This document shows positions 1 to 12,195 of a DNA stretch of 64,000 nt, piece after piece. The position numbers were made by a program, and so were the translations under genes. Numbering within the stretch: position 1 is the stretch's first letter; every line of letters starts with the position of its first letter. Below the pieces are notes generated by a model, which saw only the letters and a program-made list of their open reading frames with translations, did no database searches and was not told where the DNA came from. The DNA comes from Camelus ferus (Eukaryota): contig NC_045696.1 in NCBI RefSeq assembly GCF_009834535.1, forward strand, positions 35,094,001 to 35,158,000, read 5' to 3'.

Positions 1-404
1 AATCAAAAATTCCCATCTTTGTTGGTAACAACAAATGATCTAGGTGGCGTGATAAATTAGCACAAAAATAGTTAACTGACTTAACTCTGGAATGTATAAC
101 TTTTAAAAAAAGCATATCCTATGTTTTCTTGGGGAGGGATTAGTCAAATTTTCTATAAATAAAAATATTGGAATCTATGTAGAGAAAACTCAATTTCTAT
201 TTCTAAATCATAAAGCATATCGCAGACAATACACACTGAAGTGGAATTTGAGATAATTCTTTGCTTTGTTAAAGAGATCATGTTCTCAGATTGAATAAAT
301 TTAGAGTCAGCTTAATCAATAATTTGGGGATAAAGTTTTCTGTCATCTATGGATTTGCTTAACTACAGTATACTAAATGCATTTAGTTTTTCATCTTGTC
401 ATCT

Positions 405-500
405 TGGTTTCAAACCAAATTCATCTACTGTGTCATATTGGGAAACTTATTTGATGTCTCTGAGCTTCAATTTACCCAACTGTAACAGGGATAATACTGT
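405..500 (+). mobile_element. MIR SINE fragment
   Basis: MIR core-like ttgggaaacttatttgatgtctctgagcttcaatttacccaactgtaa...gggataatac. Confidence 0.55.
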
Positions 501-899
501 TTAACAAAATGAAAACAGATATTAGAGTTCTTTGCAGTTAGAAAAAGGAAGTCCATGCATTTGTGTAATACTGATGCAAAATTCAAATGTGTTATGCACA
601 TTTTGTTACTTTTATCAATCAGCCTAGTAATATGAATTAAAAGAAAATAAATTTATTTTAGAACCATGTGTTCTTAGTTCTATTCTGGTTCATAATGCTC
701 ATATCTTGCTTTTTAAAGTGTCAATAAAACATTTTTATCAATGTGCAATTTATTATCAAATAGTTATATAAATTTACGATCTGAAACATTGTGACATTTG
801 CCTGTTTTGGGTCATGTTTCTCAATATCTGACCAGTTACCACTTGTCAGAAGTTCACAAAGAAGTTACGCAGGGGAGTCTTTCCAGAAAAATGCATCAT

Positions 900-1250
900 A
901 TTTGTTACTAACTGTGTGATTGCACAACTCTATGAATAAATGTTTATTTCTTGATAATATCAAATATCTATTTCTAGCTCCACTATATGGTGCCCTCATT
1001 CTGGAATACAGGCTAATGGAACAGTCTCTATCTGGGATATTGGTAGTATTGTAGCAAACAGATTTAAAAAAAAATACTTAGCAAGCCATGTGCTTGATCT
1101 TAGAACTCCTTTCTAGAAGTGACACTCAAATTTCAGTGGATAAAGTACACTCCTGAGTTCAGTGGGATGCAAATATATAAAGTTTCACTAAGAAGCGTAT
1201 TAAACTAGGGGACTTGAATATTCAGCAAGTTAATTCAATCCGCCACAGAA
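900..1250 (-). mobile_element. Ancient ERVL LTR, LTR33-like
   Basis: ctcattctggaatacaggctaatggaacagtctctatctgggata...agccatgtgcttgatcttagaactcc resembles the LTR33 consensus as recalled. Confidence 0.5.
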
Positions 1251-1334
1251 ACTCGTATATGTTTATGAAGAAAGTTACTTTAGTTATGAAACTGTGACAG
1301 AGACAAGGAAGGAATAATGAAGGACTATTAAATA

Positions 1335-1520
1335 CTAATTATGCAATCCTGGCAAATTATTTAACCTCACTGAGCCTCAGTTTATTTATCTGTAACAGGA
1401 AATTTTAGTCCCTGGCTTATAGAATCATTATGAAAATAAAATGTGCTAATAAAATTAAACTACATAGCACAATAATTAGAGCTTGGTTAAGACTCAATAA
1501 ATGTTAGTGCTTATTATTTT
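1335..1520 (+). mobile_element. MIR SINE
   Basis: ctggcaaattatttaacctcactgagcctcagtttatttatctgtaa core and a ctcaataaatgttag...tattatt 3' end. Confidence 0.8.
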
Positions 1521-1639
1521 TATCTCATTTTAAAATAAAATAACAAAACATACTTAAATTGGAAATCTAAAAAATGTACATAACTCCTCCTTAGTAGGGT
1601 ATATATATTATCTTTTTCTTCTGCACCATCCATTTTACC

Positions 1640-1925
1640 TTCTGGTAACTGACTTCCGTTTTTCTCTGGGGAGTGATTGTTCCCTCCCTCTCAGTTATTG
1701 CCTTTGGATGGGCTTGTCCAATTATCCCCTATCCCCCAATAGCTCTAGAAGATAATACACGGTTTGCTGGCCCTGTCATTTTGCTGTCCAAAATGACTGG
1801 CTTCACAATGGGCATGTGCACCAAGTCAGGATAATGGGTATCAGTTCCTGGGCTTTATTTGAAATAATATGACAGGGAAGTAAGTATACTGCTGAAATTA
1901 AAGGTAGCAAGATAAAAATCTAGAA
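1640..1925 (+). mobile_element. Old MaLR LTR (MLT1K/L-like), 5' part
   Basis: gactggcttcacaatgggcatgtgcaccaagtcaggataatg...cctgggcttt motif. Appears to resume at ~2640-2790 after the nested insertions. Confidence 0.5.
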
Positions 1926-1928
1926 CTG

Positions 1929-2594
1929 TGTCCCAGGTTGGGTTACGCAGGAAATGAAGTTTATTGGGGAGAATACCTAGGTCGGTTAAGAAAAGGGAGT
2001 GTCTTAGTTTGATCAGGCTTCTATGACCATAAGATTCATAAACTGGGTGACTTATAAACAACAGAAATTTATTCTCACAGTTCTGGAGGTTGGGAAGTCC
2101 AAGATCGAGGTGCTTACAATTTGATGTCTGCTGAGAGCCTGTTTCCTGGTTTATAGATGGTGTGTTTCTGCTGTGTTCTTACATGTGTAACGGAGCCTCT
2201 TTCATGAGGACACTAATCCTATTCATGAGGGCTCCACCTTCATGATCTAATCATCTCCAAAGCCTTACCTCCTAATACCATCGTCTTGGGAGTTAGGATT
2301 TCAGGACATGAATTTGGATAGAACACAAACATTCAGACCACAGCAAAGTAAAGCAAATAGAATTAGGCAGAGAGAGGACTGAGTTGTGATGAGTCACAAG
2401 GGCCACATCTGACCCTCCAGAGCTCTGGAACTTGGTGGCTCTTTAGAAATGTCCACTTGAGGCAAGGAGGCAGGGCCACTATACTCCCTGCTGAGCAGTA
2501 ATTGGCTGCAGGCTGCTTCTGAAGAGAGGCGGTGTCCTTGAAAAGGAGAATCTCCTCAGCTGCGTACAACTCCTGGAAAGGGACTCAGCTGTGA
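1929..2594 (-). mobile_element. ERVL solo LTR, LTR16C-like, interrupted by MLT1A at 2000-2345
   Basis: Begins tgtcccaggttgggtt...aagtttattgggga and resumes after 2345 with gaattaggcagaga...agagctctggaac...ttgaggcaagg...gggactcagctgtga. Confidence 0.7.
2000..2345 (-). mobile_element. MaLR solo LTR, MLT1A/MLT1A0-like
   Basis: Near full length: tgtcttagttt...aacaacagaaatttattctcacagttctggaggttgggaagtccaagatc...aacattcagaccacagca, with TG...CA termini. Confidence 0.9.
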
Positions 2595-2639
2595 TCAAAG
2601 GAGGACTAAATGTATCAAGCCTGAAAGGATAATCTAATG

Positions 2640-2790
2640 CAATAGGGTTTCAAGCTGACCTATGAGTCTAAGTATCATAGGGAAATCTAGAGCTGAGAGA
2701 TTAAACTGAGCACTGGACAGAGTATTTGTGCCCCTGGATTCAGCCACTCATAAATTACTACCTCCTGAATTTTTTCATGTTATTAATTAA
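2640..2790 (+). mobile_element. Old MaLR LTR (MLT1K/L-like), 3' part
   Basis: tttgtgcccctggattcagccactcataaattactacctcctgaattttttcatgtta resembles the MLT1K 3' region. Confidence 0.45.
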
Positions 2791-4134
2791 AAAACAAAAA
2801 ACCAAACAAAAAAAACCCTCTATTTTTTTTGTACTAACATTTTCTGTCATCATGACCCTATTCTCTTATATTGTCTACTCTTTCTCAAGGATTTATCTCC
2901 TTCATTTTTCTACATTCATACTTTTAAGTTACACAAGCAGAAAATCCTAAAGAAAATCAAGTTGAAGAAGAGAAATATCAGGAAACTGGTTTTCTGAAAT
3001 CTTCTGAAAAAGAGTAACTGACAGATGATAGTGGTTAATGGCTCGAGCAAGGCTGTAAAACTGAAGACTGCCTTTCACAGATGGGCATGGTGAAATCTAT
3101 TACTCTTAATGAGAGGGAATAAGGAGGTCCAATAAACTTCCTGAAAACAGGATGAATTTAAGATGAGGCGTCGATTTGACTGTAAAGGCAAATGTTTCCC
3201 CATTCATTTACTAAACAATGCTGCTTCTTTGGGTCTAAAAGAACATTCAAATGATTTGGGCACCCAAGTATTACTTTAAAAAAGAAAAAAAAGTGCTCTA
3301 AATTTAGTGCACCTCAGAAAGAAGACCTGATATTTAGAACTGTGTTTCCACAGTGTGCCATGCTTTGCCAGATAAATGAGTTTAGATCTTAGTTATTATA
3401 ATTGCCTATCAGTATTGAAAACAAGAAAACCACATGAGCAAATAAAATATGTCCTCTACGATGGCCTTGAAAAACCAGAATGAAAGTAATTTTACATTGT
3501 TTGTGATCAGTTGATCACTGTTTCATTGCAAAACACTGAGGTAAAGTAAATTGCAACATAAACACTACTTATTTAGAGACGTTTGGCAAAAGCATCATAT
3601 TAAATCAAATTATGACTTTAGAGGGAATATTCTAGTTTCAGCGATTTTTTTTATTCTACTGATATCACCTATTTCAAGAAGCTGTTAAAACAAAACAGTG
3701 ATCTACTACACATCAATAAAAATAAAATAAAATTTAAAAAAGTGAACAAATTTGGGACCTGGATAAAAAATGTACATTAATAGCAGGAAGTATCATTATA
3801 GGCATTCACTACATTTTGGTTGCTGATCAAGAGTGACTTTCAACGCTGCAAATGTCAATGGTTTTAAAGAAAAGAAGTAAATAGCTAAGTGTTCTGGAGT
3901 CCCATACAGCTGGGCTACTTCAGCAGGCTTGCAAGCATGTAGTGTATCTAATATTCCACTTTGGTTAATTGAATGAGATTATTTTCCTAGGTATGAGTTT
4001 TCGAGTTATAGTTGGAGAGCTGCGTGTGAAAAGCGAAGCTGAGGTGTGCTTTCTTAACCATATAGTTTAGCTAGGTAAGTATCTGGTTAAATAGAAAAGA
4101 ATCAAAAAGAAAAAGGTGGGTTAAAACAAAACAG

Positions 4135-4392
4135 TAACAACAAATAGTAATATAGCAGGTGTGCCAGGAACTGAGCTAAGGACTTAAGAAATATTAACTC
4201 ATTCAATGCCCATTGCAATTTTAGGAGATGGGTCCTACTATTATCCCCAGATGAAAACGAGGTGTCTTTGCAGAGACAGGTAAAATAACCTGCCTAAGAT
4301 ACCCAGATAACTTGTCAGGAAGAGCCAGAGTTTGAACCCAATGCAGCCTGTACTGAACCCAGTATGGAGCTCAGGGATCTGACCACTATGCT
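4135..4392 (-). mobile_element. MIR SINE, near full length (copy at ~26213-26474)
   Basis: tgtgccaggaactgagctaagg...tattaactcattcaat...tactattatcccc...aataacctgcctaagat...gagccagagtttgaaccc...accactatgct. Confidence 0.85.
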
Positions 4393-5655
4393 TTGAAAGG
4401 CAAGTTTTGTTCTCTTAAATCAAAATGTGAATATTATCTGCCCATTTCTACTCCAACCCCAACCCCAAGTAGAAATTACTGAAAAGAATATAGTTATAGT
4501 CTTACTTATTTATAAAAAAGATTCATACATTACACTGAGAACGTCCTCTCTCTACTTGCTTTTCTATTAGGAGCTAAGAAACTTAGAAAGTCTTCTTTCT
4601 CACCCCTTGAGTGTATATGGTAAAATTATTTCTATAAAAATGATCAAACACTACATTACAGAGTTATGGATGCAGAGGGTAAATACTCCCTATACAGTCA
4701 ATTGAAAAGAAAGGTAAAATTTAGAAAAAAATCAACTCTCCTGGAAATTGAAAAATTTCTCCATAACTATAATTAACTTTTTATAAATTCTTTTCTGCCA
4801 GATATAAGGTTTGCTGAGGAACAACACAGCCTTAGTCAAACAATATTTGCATTTAGTTGAAGAGCATACGATGCTCCTATTTTACTCATGCAGCCATTTG
4901 GTATATATTTTTAGATGTCCTAATTATTTAAGGACTCCAATTTGTTATTTTGTTGTCTAGTTCTTTTTTTCTGGAGTTTTTTGTGATACAAAAAGCAATC
5001 TAAAATTACGGCTAAGGCAAGGACTCTGTGCTGAATACATCTACTAACTTGCCGCTGCGAACAGGACAGTTAAGCATTGACAGCCTCCAACACAGCCTTT
5101 CCCTACCTCGCCATACAGAGTTTTCCTTCTTCCAAGTTCAATGCCTCCAATCATCTGTTAATAATAATTCAGTTCATGTGTATAGTGCTTCTTATTTTTG
5201 TATTTAAAAAATATCTTTCCTTATTAGCACTCAACTCTGAAATAGTCAACAATTCCAAGGCAAAGGAGTGTCCATATTACTAATTAAATTTTCAAATGTT
5301 TCCCTCATTTTTATTTTTATTTTATAACATCATGAAACTTTTTATTTAGACAGGTATATCAATATAAATTCACATAATTTTCATCACATAAAATGATTTT
5401 ATTAGATTTGTTGTCATCTCAAGCTTTTTTATGCATTCTTGCCATAAACACGTTTGTTTTTTTATTGACCAATTATCTTTCTTCTTTTCTATTAATTCTC
5501 CTTATAAAGTTCAGTGATAATATATGCCATCTCATATCTGTTCCCCCTCTCTTAAACACATTAACTCACAACACCAAAAATAAACTTTAAGTTTGTCAAA
5601 AGATTTATTAAAGAACAGCAATAACCAATTCCTGGACTATCTCTTTTTCACTCAC

Positions 5656-6210
5656 TACTTTCCACTGTCAACCAGAAAAATCCAGAGCTGTCTAGTGTGC
5701 TGACGTACTGAGAGCCGATGGACCCCGCGGCAGCGCCCAGGCTGGGAAGTCTGGGAACCTTCTAGGAGTTCCGTCCCAGAGATCACCTGATGACTCTCCC
5801 TTTCTCTAAGTCTCCCTCTCTTATTCAGATGCTCTGTCTCAAAACCAAAGTTAAAATGAGAGCTCTGTAAGTCTGCCTCTGAACCAGTATCTGAAGTCTT
5901 TGATACAGTTTTCCCCAGTGAGAAGGGTGTTGCCTGAAACGTCCAACTAGGGACCGACAATATAAATTATGAACTGTCTAACATACTTTCTAATGTAATG
6001 TTTTACAATGATGTGACTCAGAGTAAGGCATTCAGCAGTGACTGATTTTGCAGCTCTCAAGGCTTCCTCTTGCACCTTGGTATAACCTGTCGATATTCTG
6101 ATTTTCCTGAGAGCTTGCCTGAAGTGACTAGTACACTCTGGACTTAAATAGCAACTGCACAGGATGCTTAACTTTCAGCGCAGTTCCGGAGTTTAACTGT
6201 CGTTTACATG
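5656..6210 (-). promoter_or_regulatory. Candidate promoter / first exon (gene unidentified)
   Basis: Non-repetitive and CpG-enriched (~12 CpG in ~500 bp). Minus-strand TATA-like CTATTTAA (6144-6151), ETS-like CCGGAA (6184-6189), AP-1 TGACTCA (6014-6020), and a GTGAGT splice donor at 5655-5650. Confidence 0.35.
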
Positions 6211-6717
6211 ATTAGTTAGAGTGACATTCCTGAACAATGAGCTCTCAGGATCATTAAAATTTAATTTTCTTTAGGGATAGAACACAGTTTATTAGCTCTG
6301 ACCCTTTACACTTAGCCAATTTTTCCATTTACTTTGGCTTAGGGAGTACATAATTCATGTGGCCTTGGTTGTTATAAACTTTTATACTTACAGATGCTAC
6401 TTGAAATGCATGAATTAGAGTTTCCCGCTTCCTTCACTATTGTTGAGAGTAAGATGGACAGGAAGCAGAGGAGAAGGAAAAAGCAAGAGAGAATAGACAA
6501 TATTATTTTCAGACAAAGAAAAGTTCAGAAAAAGATAGAAAAAAAAGCAGGTGAATTATAAAAATTAAAATAGTATTAATAATTTTATCTTTAGATCTTA
6601 TACTGCATTTTGTTTCAATTCTTATCTCAGGAACACAGAACACAATACTTTAAACAACAAAAGTCTTTTAAAGCTTTAAAAAAACAATATTGCTATTGTA
6701 AAAATTATAGTCTTGAA

Positions 6718-6932
6718 CTACAGTGTTTCATGCAGTAGATACTAGCCACATGTGGCTTCTAAATTTAAATATTAATAAATTAAAATTAAATAAAATCTAG
6801 TCTTTAGTTGCAATAGCTACACTTCCAGTGTGTAACAGTCAAATTTTATAGCCAAGTGCTTAATAGTCAAAGCTATCACACTGAACAACAAAGGAAAGAA
6901 CATTTACATCAACTATTGAGTAGATAGCACTG
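6718..6932 (-). mobile_element. MER3-like hAT-Charlie non-autonomous DNA transposon (copy at ~28803-29017)
   Basis: actagccacatgtggct, an AT-rich core, then gaacatttacatc...gatagcactg match the MER3 layout. Confidence 0.8.
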
Positions 6933-7429
6933 GCCTAGAATGCAGGCAAAATACATCCAGTAAACCTGGAAGTTTTATTACATGTGTCTTTCTTTGTATT
7001 CTTTGTATTACATGTGTTGGTGCTTTCCCCTTAAGCATAGTTTGTTGCTCACTGGTGGTCTACTATTGGTAGGTCTCAGAGTGACATCTAGTTTTATCTA
7101 CTGAATTGGTCCAAGGAAGATGCTGCAAAGTTGATCTTCAGAGCAAGCATGATGGAATGGCCAAGCCTTCTGAAAATGCCTGGTTATAGTCCATGCAAAT
7201 ATATGAGGGCAAGACTGAGAAGCAAGATATCTTCTAGGTGGACTGAGGATCAATTATGAAGACTACAGCACAGGGAAGAAAAGATGGAAGATGACGTATT
7301 AGGATTAGATACCCCCAAACTATCCCCAAACACATACATTAAAAGAAATTGAGATTTAGCAGCTTAAATTTGTACTGTTGAACCAAAAGAACTGTGATTA
7401 GCACAATACTTCCAAATCTATATAAATGA

Positions 7430-7690
7430 CTTTTAATGTAAGAAGAGTAACAGCTACTGAATTTCTTTAATTCTATTTTATGAAACAGGCAGTAGGATAA
7501 GCAGTTAACATGTATTGCATCATTCCTCACAACCACTAATAACTAACTTATTATGCCTTTTTTGGCAGAGAAGGAACTTTAAAATCCGTGATATAAAGTA
7601 ACTTTCTCAAAATCCCACTCAATAAATACCAAAATTAATGACTGAAATTCAGGTTTATTGGCTCTCAAATCCTTGAATTTGACACTATAC
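7430..7690 (-). mobile_element. MIR SINE
   Basis: tcattcctcacaacc...tattatgccttttttggcagagaaggaact...aagtaactttctcaaaatccca...gactgaaattcagg. Confidence 0.65.
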
Positions 7691-8654
7691 ATAATATGCT
7701 TTCAGGGTACAAAAGAAATTCCTTCATACCCTTCAGGTATGAAGGTATCAAATCATTCATGTGATTTAAAATCCATAAAATATCCAACTTCTGGATCCTG
7801 ACACTGGCTTAATTCCATGTGTCCCATGGATTCATGAATGCCCATCCTTGATAAAAGTCAAGAGTCCTTTGAGAACCTGGGTTGACTAGTGTGCATAAGG
7901 TGGAAATGTGGAAATGATGCTTCCTGGACCCCACACCTCATTTGTACTTCCAGATCTTTTGGAGCTCCAACATTCAAAGTACAGAGGCTTTTACCATCTA
8001 ATGATTTTGCAATGTGGAGACTAAGAAAGTAAGAATAGTGCAGGAAAATTTGGATGCAAGGCTTTCTTATCCCTAACAAAACAAAAACTGGAGATAATAC
8101 CTTAATTATTAGAATATTTTACACTCTAAAGGGAACTTTCAGTCTTTTGTGAGAGCAGTATCTTGACAGAATGGAAACTTCTTGCAGAATGTATTTTCTA
8201 TTATGTATTTTCAACAGATTTTTTTCTTCAATTTTAAAATGAACTGAATTTTTGATAACTCATTTTCCCCAAAGATTCATCTTAAAAATGAACTTTTAAG
8301 ATGAATAAAAAAGTTTCTTAAAAAATGACATTGAACATTCATGCCTCATTTTCCCCCTATTTTTCTTCATTTGAAATAGGTGCCTCGAAAGAATAAAAAA
8401 TATAAAAATGTGAAAAACATAAAAATATAAACATTCAGTGTTTGTCACCTTCTGAAAGGCAACAGTCCTGGAGATAACAAAAGTAGGTATTTATCATTCT
8501 TTATCACTTTGTCTTTTTAGCAGAGAGTTTCATGCATGGTCAGGGGATGAAAGGATGAGTCTCCTTTTTTTTTTTTTTTTTAATGTGGTGAATAGGAAGG
8601 AAATCAAAAAAGCCCTGAGAGCTTCCCGGGAGCAGGGTTATCAGAAAAAAAAGC

Positions 8655-8800
8655 CCCAGGAGTCAGAAGCCCTGATTTCTGATTTGATTTTACTGATTAG
8701 CTGTGTGAGTATGGATAAGTTTCTCTGCATCTTGGAGGTTTAATTCCCCCAATTGTAAAATGAACAGTTGAGAACAGATGCTTCCTAAGGTTCTCTGACT
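8655..8800 (+). mobile_element. MIR3/MIRc SINE
   Basis: ggagtcagaagccctgattt...tagctgtgtgag...ttgtaaaatg...agatgcttcctaaggttc. Confidence 0.7.
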
Positions 8801-11379
8801 ATTGCATTCTGAAGAGTAAAATGAACAAGAGAAAAATACCAGCTGGTAAAGTACATGAGGCTGTCACCGAAGAATGCTATAGCATTTTCAACTTAGCAAA
8901 ACAGGGTTTTATTGATACGGGAATGAAGCCTGGGAAAAGTTCCATCAATACAAACTGATTAAAGATATTAAAGCTAGGAGCATACAATGAACTGTACTTG
9001 TCCAGCAAAAGAGAACTAGTTACATCATGTGGCACAGAATTCTGTCTCTGGTAGGATAATAAACTTCTCTGTTTCTGCTATCTAATATAGAAAAGGGGAC
9101 TGAGAATTTAAGTAAATAAAGCTGGAATTAAGCAAATGCATGTCCAGAGGCAGAAGGAGATTAAGGATTCTTTTTCATCAATATTTAATTTACTAAGACA
9201 TTCTTTAGTTTAAGTAAGTTTCTTATGCTGCTTGACAGCTTGGTTGACTCTACAGTGAAAGGAGCCAAAATGATTTCTAAAATAACCATGCTTAGCTACA
9301 GCATCTCATCAAGGTTTTGCCAACATACTTTGTGCGACGTGGGTAAAGATATAGCCCTCTGCGCAGATCGTGAACTTAAATAATGACAAAAAAATCATTG
9401 ACTTCAAAGTCCGTGCTGTGTGTGTGACTCAGCCTGTAGTGTCACAGTTTGCCAGCACTGCCATTTTTTTTTTATTACAGATATTTCTTTGGGTTCAGTT
9501 TAGGAAGAGATTTAATTCAAGCTGAAGAAATCTGGAGTCCTTTCCCATCATAAAATCTAACATTGAAAATAGCCTTCAGACACAGAATTGCTAACATCGA
9601 GACACAACATAATTATCATTTCTCCTACTCTTACTGTTGAGCCCACCTGCTTCCAAAGAAAATGAAATGATGTGATCCGACGGGGAAAACAAAGCAGAAT
9701 GAATCACTTATCTTTCCAATTTTACAGGAATATCCTAATTTGTATACACTCTATATTTTCTCTTGTACAGGTTGCTGTTAGCCTACTCTGGTACCTTATA
9801 TACCTGGATGAGCTGACTTAGCCCCATACGCCACCCCCCACCTTTGATCTTGAAGCTCTTTCTTCTCCTCAGGAGCATCTCATTCATTTTACACAGGGAA
9901 AGTTAAATTTAGCAAAAGGAGTCTTTCAGAGCAGAGTGCTTGCTGATCTGGGAGCCTGTCAAGGTGATTCTATGCCAACTTGGACCTGCCAGGAGTTGAA
10001 GCTTCCAACCTTGCCAAATGTTGTGCTTATTTTGTGACAAAGATGAAAGTCACAGTTGGATTTAAAAGGAGGCCATCCACTTTATTTTATTCTTGTCTCA
10101 ACTCTCTAAATCTATGTCTCCATGACTGAAGGCTTTATAAATAAACAGGTGTCCACATGTCCCAGTGTGAATTAAAATTTTATGGAGTTGGAGAAGGAGT
10201 TGATTTATTTAAAAAAGAAAAGTTATTGTAATACTTTTCTTTGGTATGTAGAAATAATAATTGTTCTATAATTTGTTTCCATGTGTATATTAGTAGCCAT
10301 ACTTACTTAATAGCTCCATGGGATTTAGGGTAGGAGTGTTAAATAAAAGAATATGGATTTGACATATGTCTTGGGAGCTAGACAAACTCTGGTCAATGTA
10401 AGAACTCTTTATAGACTGGTAAATTTTTAGTAAGTACTAAAGAGAGGTCATCTCACATGTATATGGTTTTATGTACAAGATCTATACACTAAAATAGATA
10501 CGTAAACTCAGGTATGCTCAGCTAGAAGTGCTTTGCTATTTCTTTCTAACATACCTAAAAATGTATTTTTCTCCTGCTGCTGTATAGTGAGTAAAATAAA
10601 TATTCCCAACATTTATTATGAATGATACCTAATATATTAATGCACACACACATGCACACAAACATTTATGCAAAAGCACATTTTCTTCTAATTAACTAAT
10701 TTCCCCAAACACCTAAGAATTCACTATTTGAACATCAGGCAGCTAAGGTACCTGCCTTTACAACTGCACAATAATTTAAGCATTGAGAGGTGCATTCAGG
10801 GGGGTTACACTGTTTTTACTATTAAATACAGGCACTGGCAATGATGTAGTATTTACTGTAAAGTAAATTTTAAGAGTTTTGATACACATATTTCTATATA
10901 TATAATAATATTAATACAGCAGAGAAAATGTCCTAACTTGAACTGTCTTAGTAGTTATACTCTTTGACACATTTCAGGACCCTTTATTAACCATATATAT
11001 GTGCTCATTTCCCAGCGTGTTCTTCTCATATACAGTACGCATAAACTTATAATGTAGCTACTTCAGGAAATATGCACAAGTAGGCCTCTTTGTCATACAT
11101 ATCATTTATTTTGCAGGCATGCATATTCCCTAGTTGGAGATTTAGGAATTTTGCAATGGGATGATCAATTATTTAATTTAAATATATAAATTATTCAATT
11201 GCAAATACAATCACAGCAGGATGCCAAAATACTTCACAACCAGAAGCCAGTAGAAATCAACGTTCCTGTTTTTTGAAAATATCTCAATGGCTTGTCTAAT
11301 ACAACTTTCATTATTTTAACATCTTAATTATTTAAATGAATGAATGAATGAATCTAATGCCACTGTATTGCAATTTCAC

Positions 11380-11740
11380 CCTATATGTACCAAGCAACTT
11401 TGCTCACAGATCTCCTAGCAGCTGGATTACATAGGATGGCCTCACTCACTTGTGTAGCACTTAGAGCTATGGGTCTGGGGTAACTGGGGTCCCAGGGCCA
11501 CCATCTCTCATTCTACAGTTGGCTATCTCAGGTATTTCACACGATGCTCACAGGATTCTAGTAGCAGCAAGGATATCTGTACCTTTCAAGCCCCTGAAAG
11601 GTGTCACATTTGCTACAGTCTCACTGGCTAAAGCAAGTCCCATATCCATACCTGGACTCAGAGTGGGAGGGCCCTACAGTGGGCATAGATGCAGGGACAA
11701 GAGAGAAGGGTGTGGTCTTTTTTTTGAACGATACCACAAA
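11380..11740 (-). mobile_element. Old MaLR LTR (MLT1G-J-like; copy at ~33462-33823)
   Basis: tttgctcacaga...ggatggcctcactcac...cactggctaaagcaagtcccatatcc...actcagagtgggaggg...gggcatagatgcaggga. Confidence 0.7.
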
Positions 11741-12027
11741 GATCATTCCTTAAGATTTGCATTCTTCTGAAGGGACTTTCTTTATTAAATCTCCATATTT
11801 TGAAGAAGAGAAAAATGAGCATAAGCGGTAGCTTGATTGATATAACCAAAATATAATGTAAAGAAACAATTCGTAAAGAAAAATGTCAGGGATGAGGTAG
11901 AGAAGGGCAAAGCAGTGTGAGGGCTCTTAGGATGACTGGGTTCCTTGAATGTATTCATTGTATTTTATATGCTTTCTACTATAGCTGTGAAGACCAACAT
12001 CTTTTTCTTACTCATACTGTCCAGATA

Positions 12028-12195
12028 CAGTATTTTCCAAATGTGGTCCCTGGACCAACTGCAATGGTCCTGCAATGGTGCCACGTGAAATGGTTGTGAC
12101 AAATGCAGCTTCCCAAGTCCCACTCAGAATTCTGACTCAGAAAAACAGATGGTAATACTGCGGTCTGTAACAAGCATCCCACATTATTCTATGAA
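12028..12195. mobile_element. MER5A-like DNA transposon (copy at ~34111-34278)
   Basis: cagtattttccaaatgtggtccctggacca...aaatgcagcttcccaagtcccactcaga...tgactcagaa...taacaagcatccca. Confidence 0.7.

Noticed and set aside
7140..7300. Possible ancient RTE/L4-type LINE 3' relic
   Set aside because: The resemblance is too weak to support without an HMM search.
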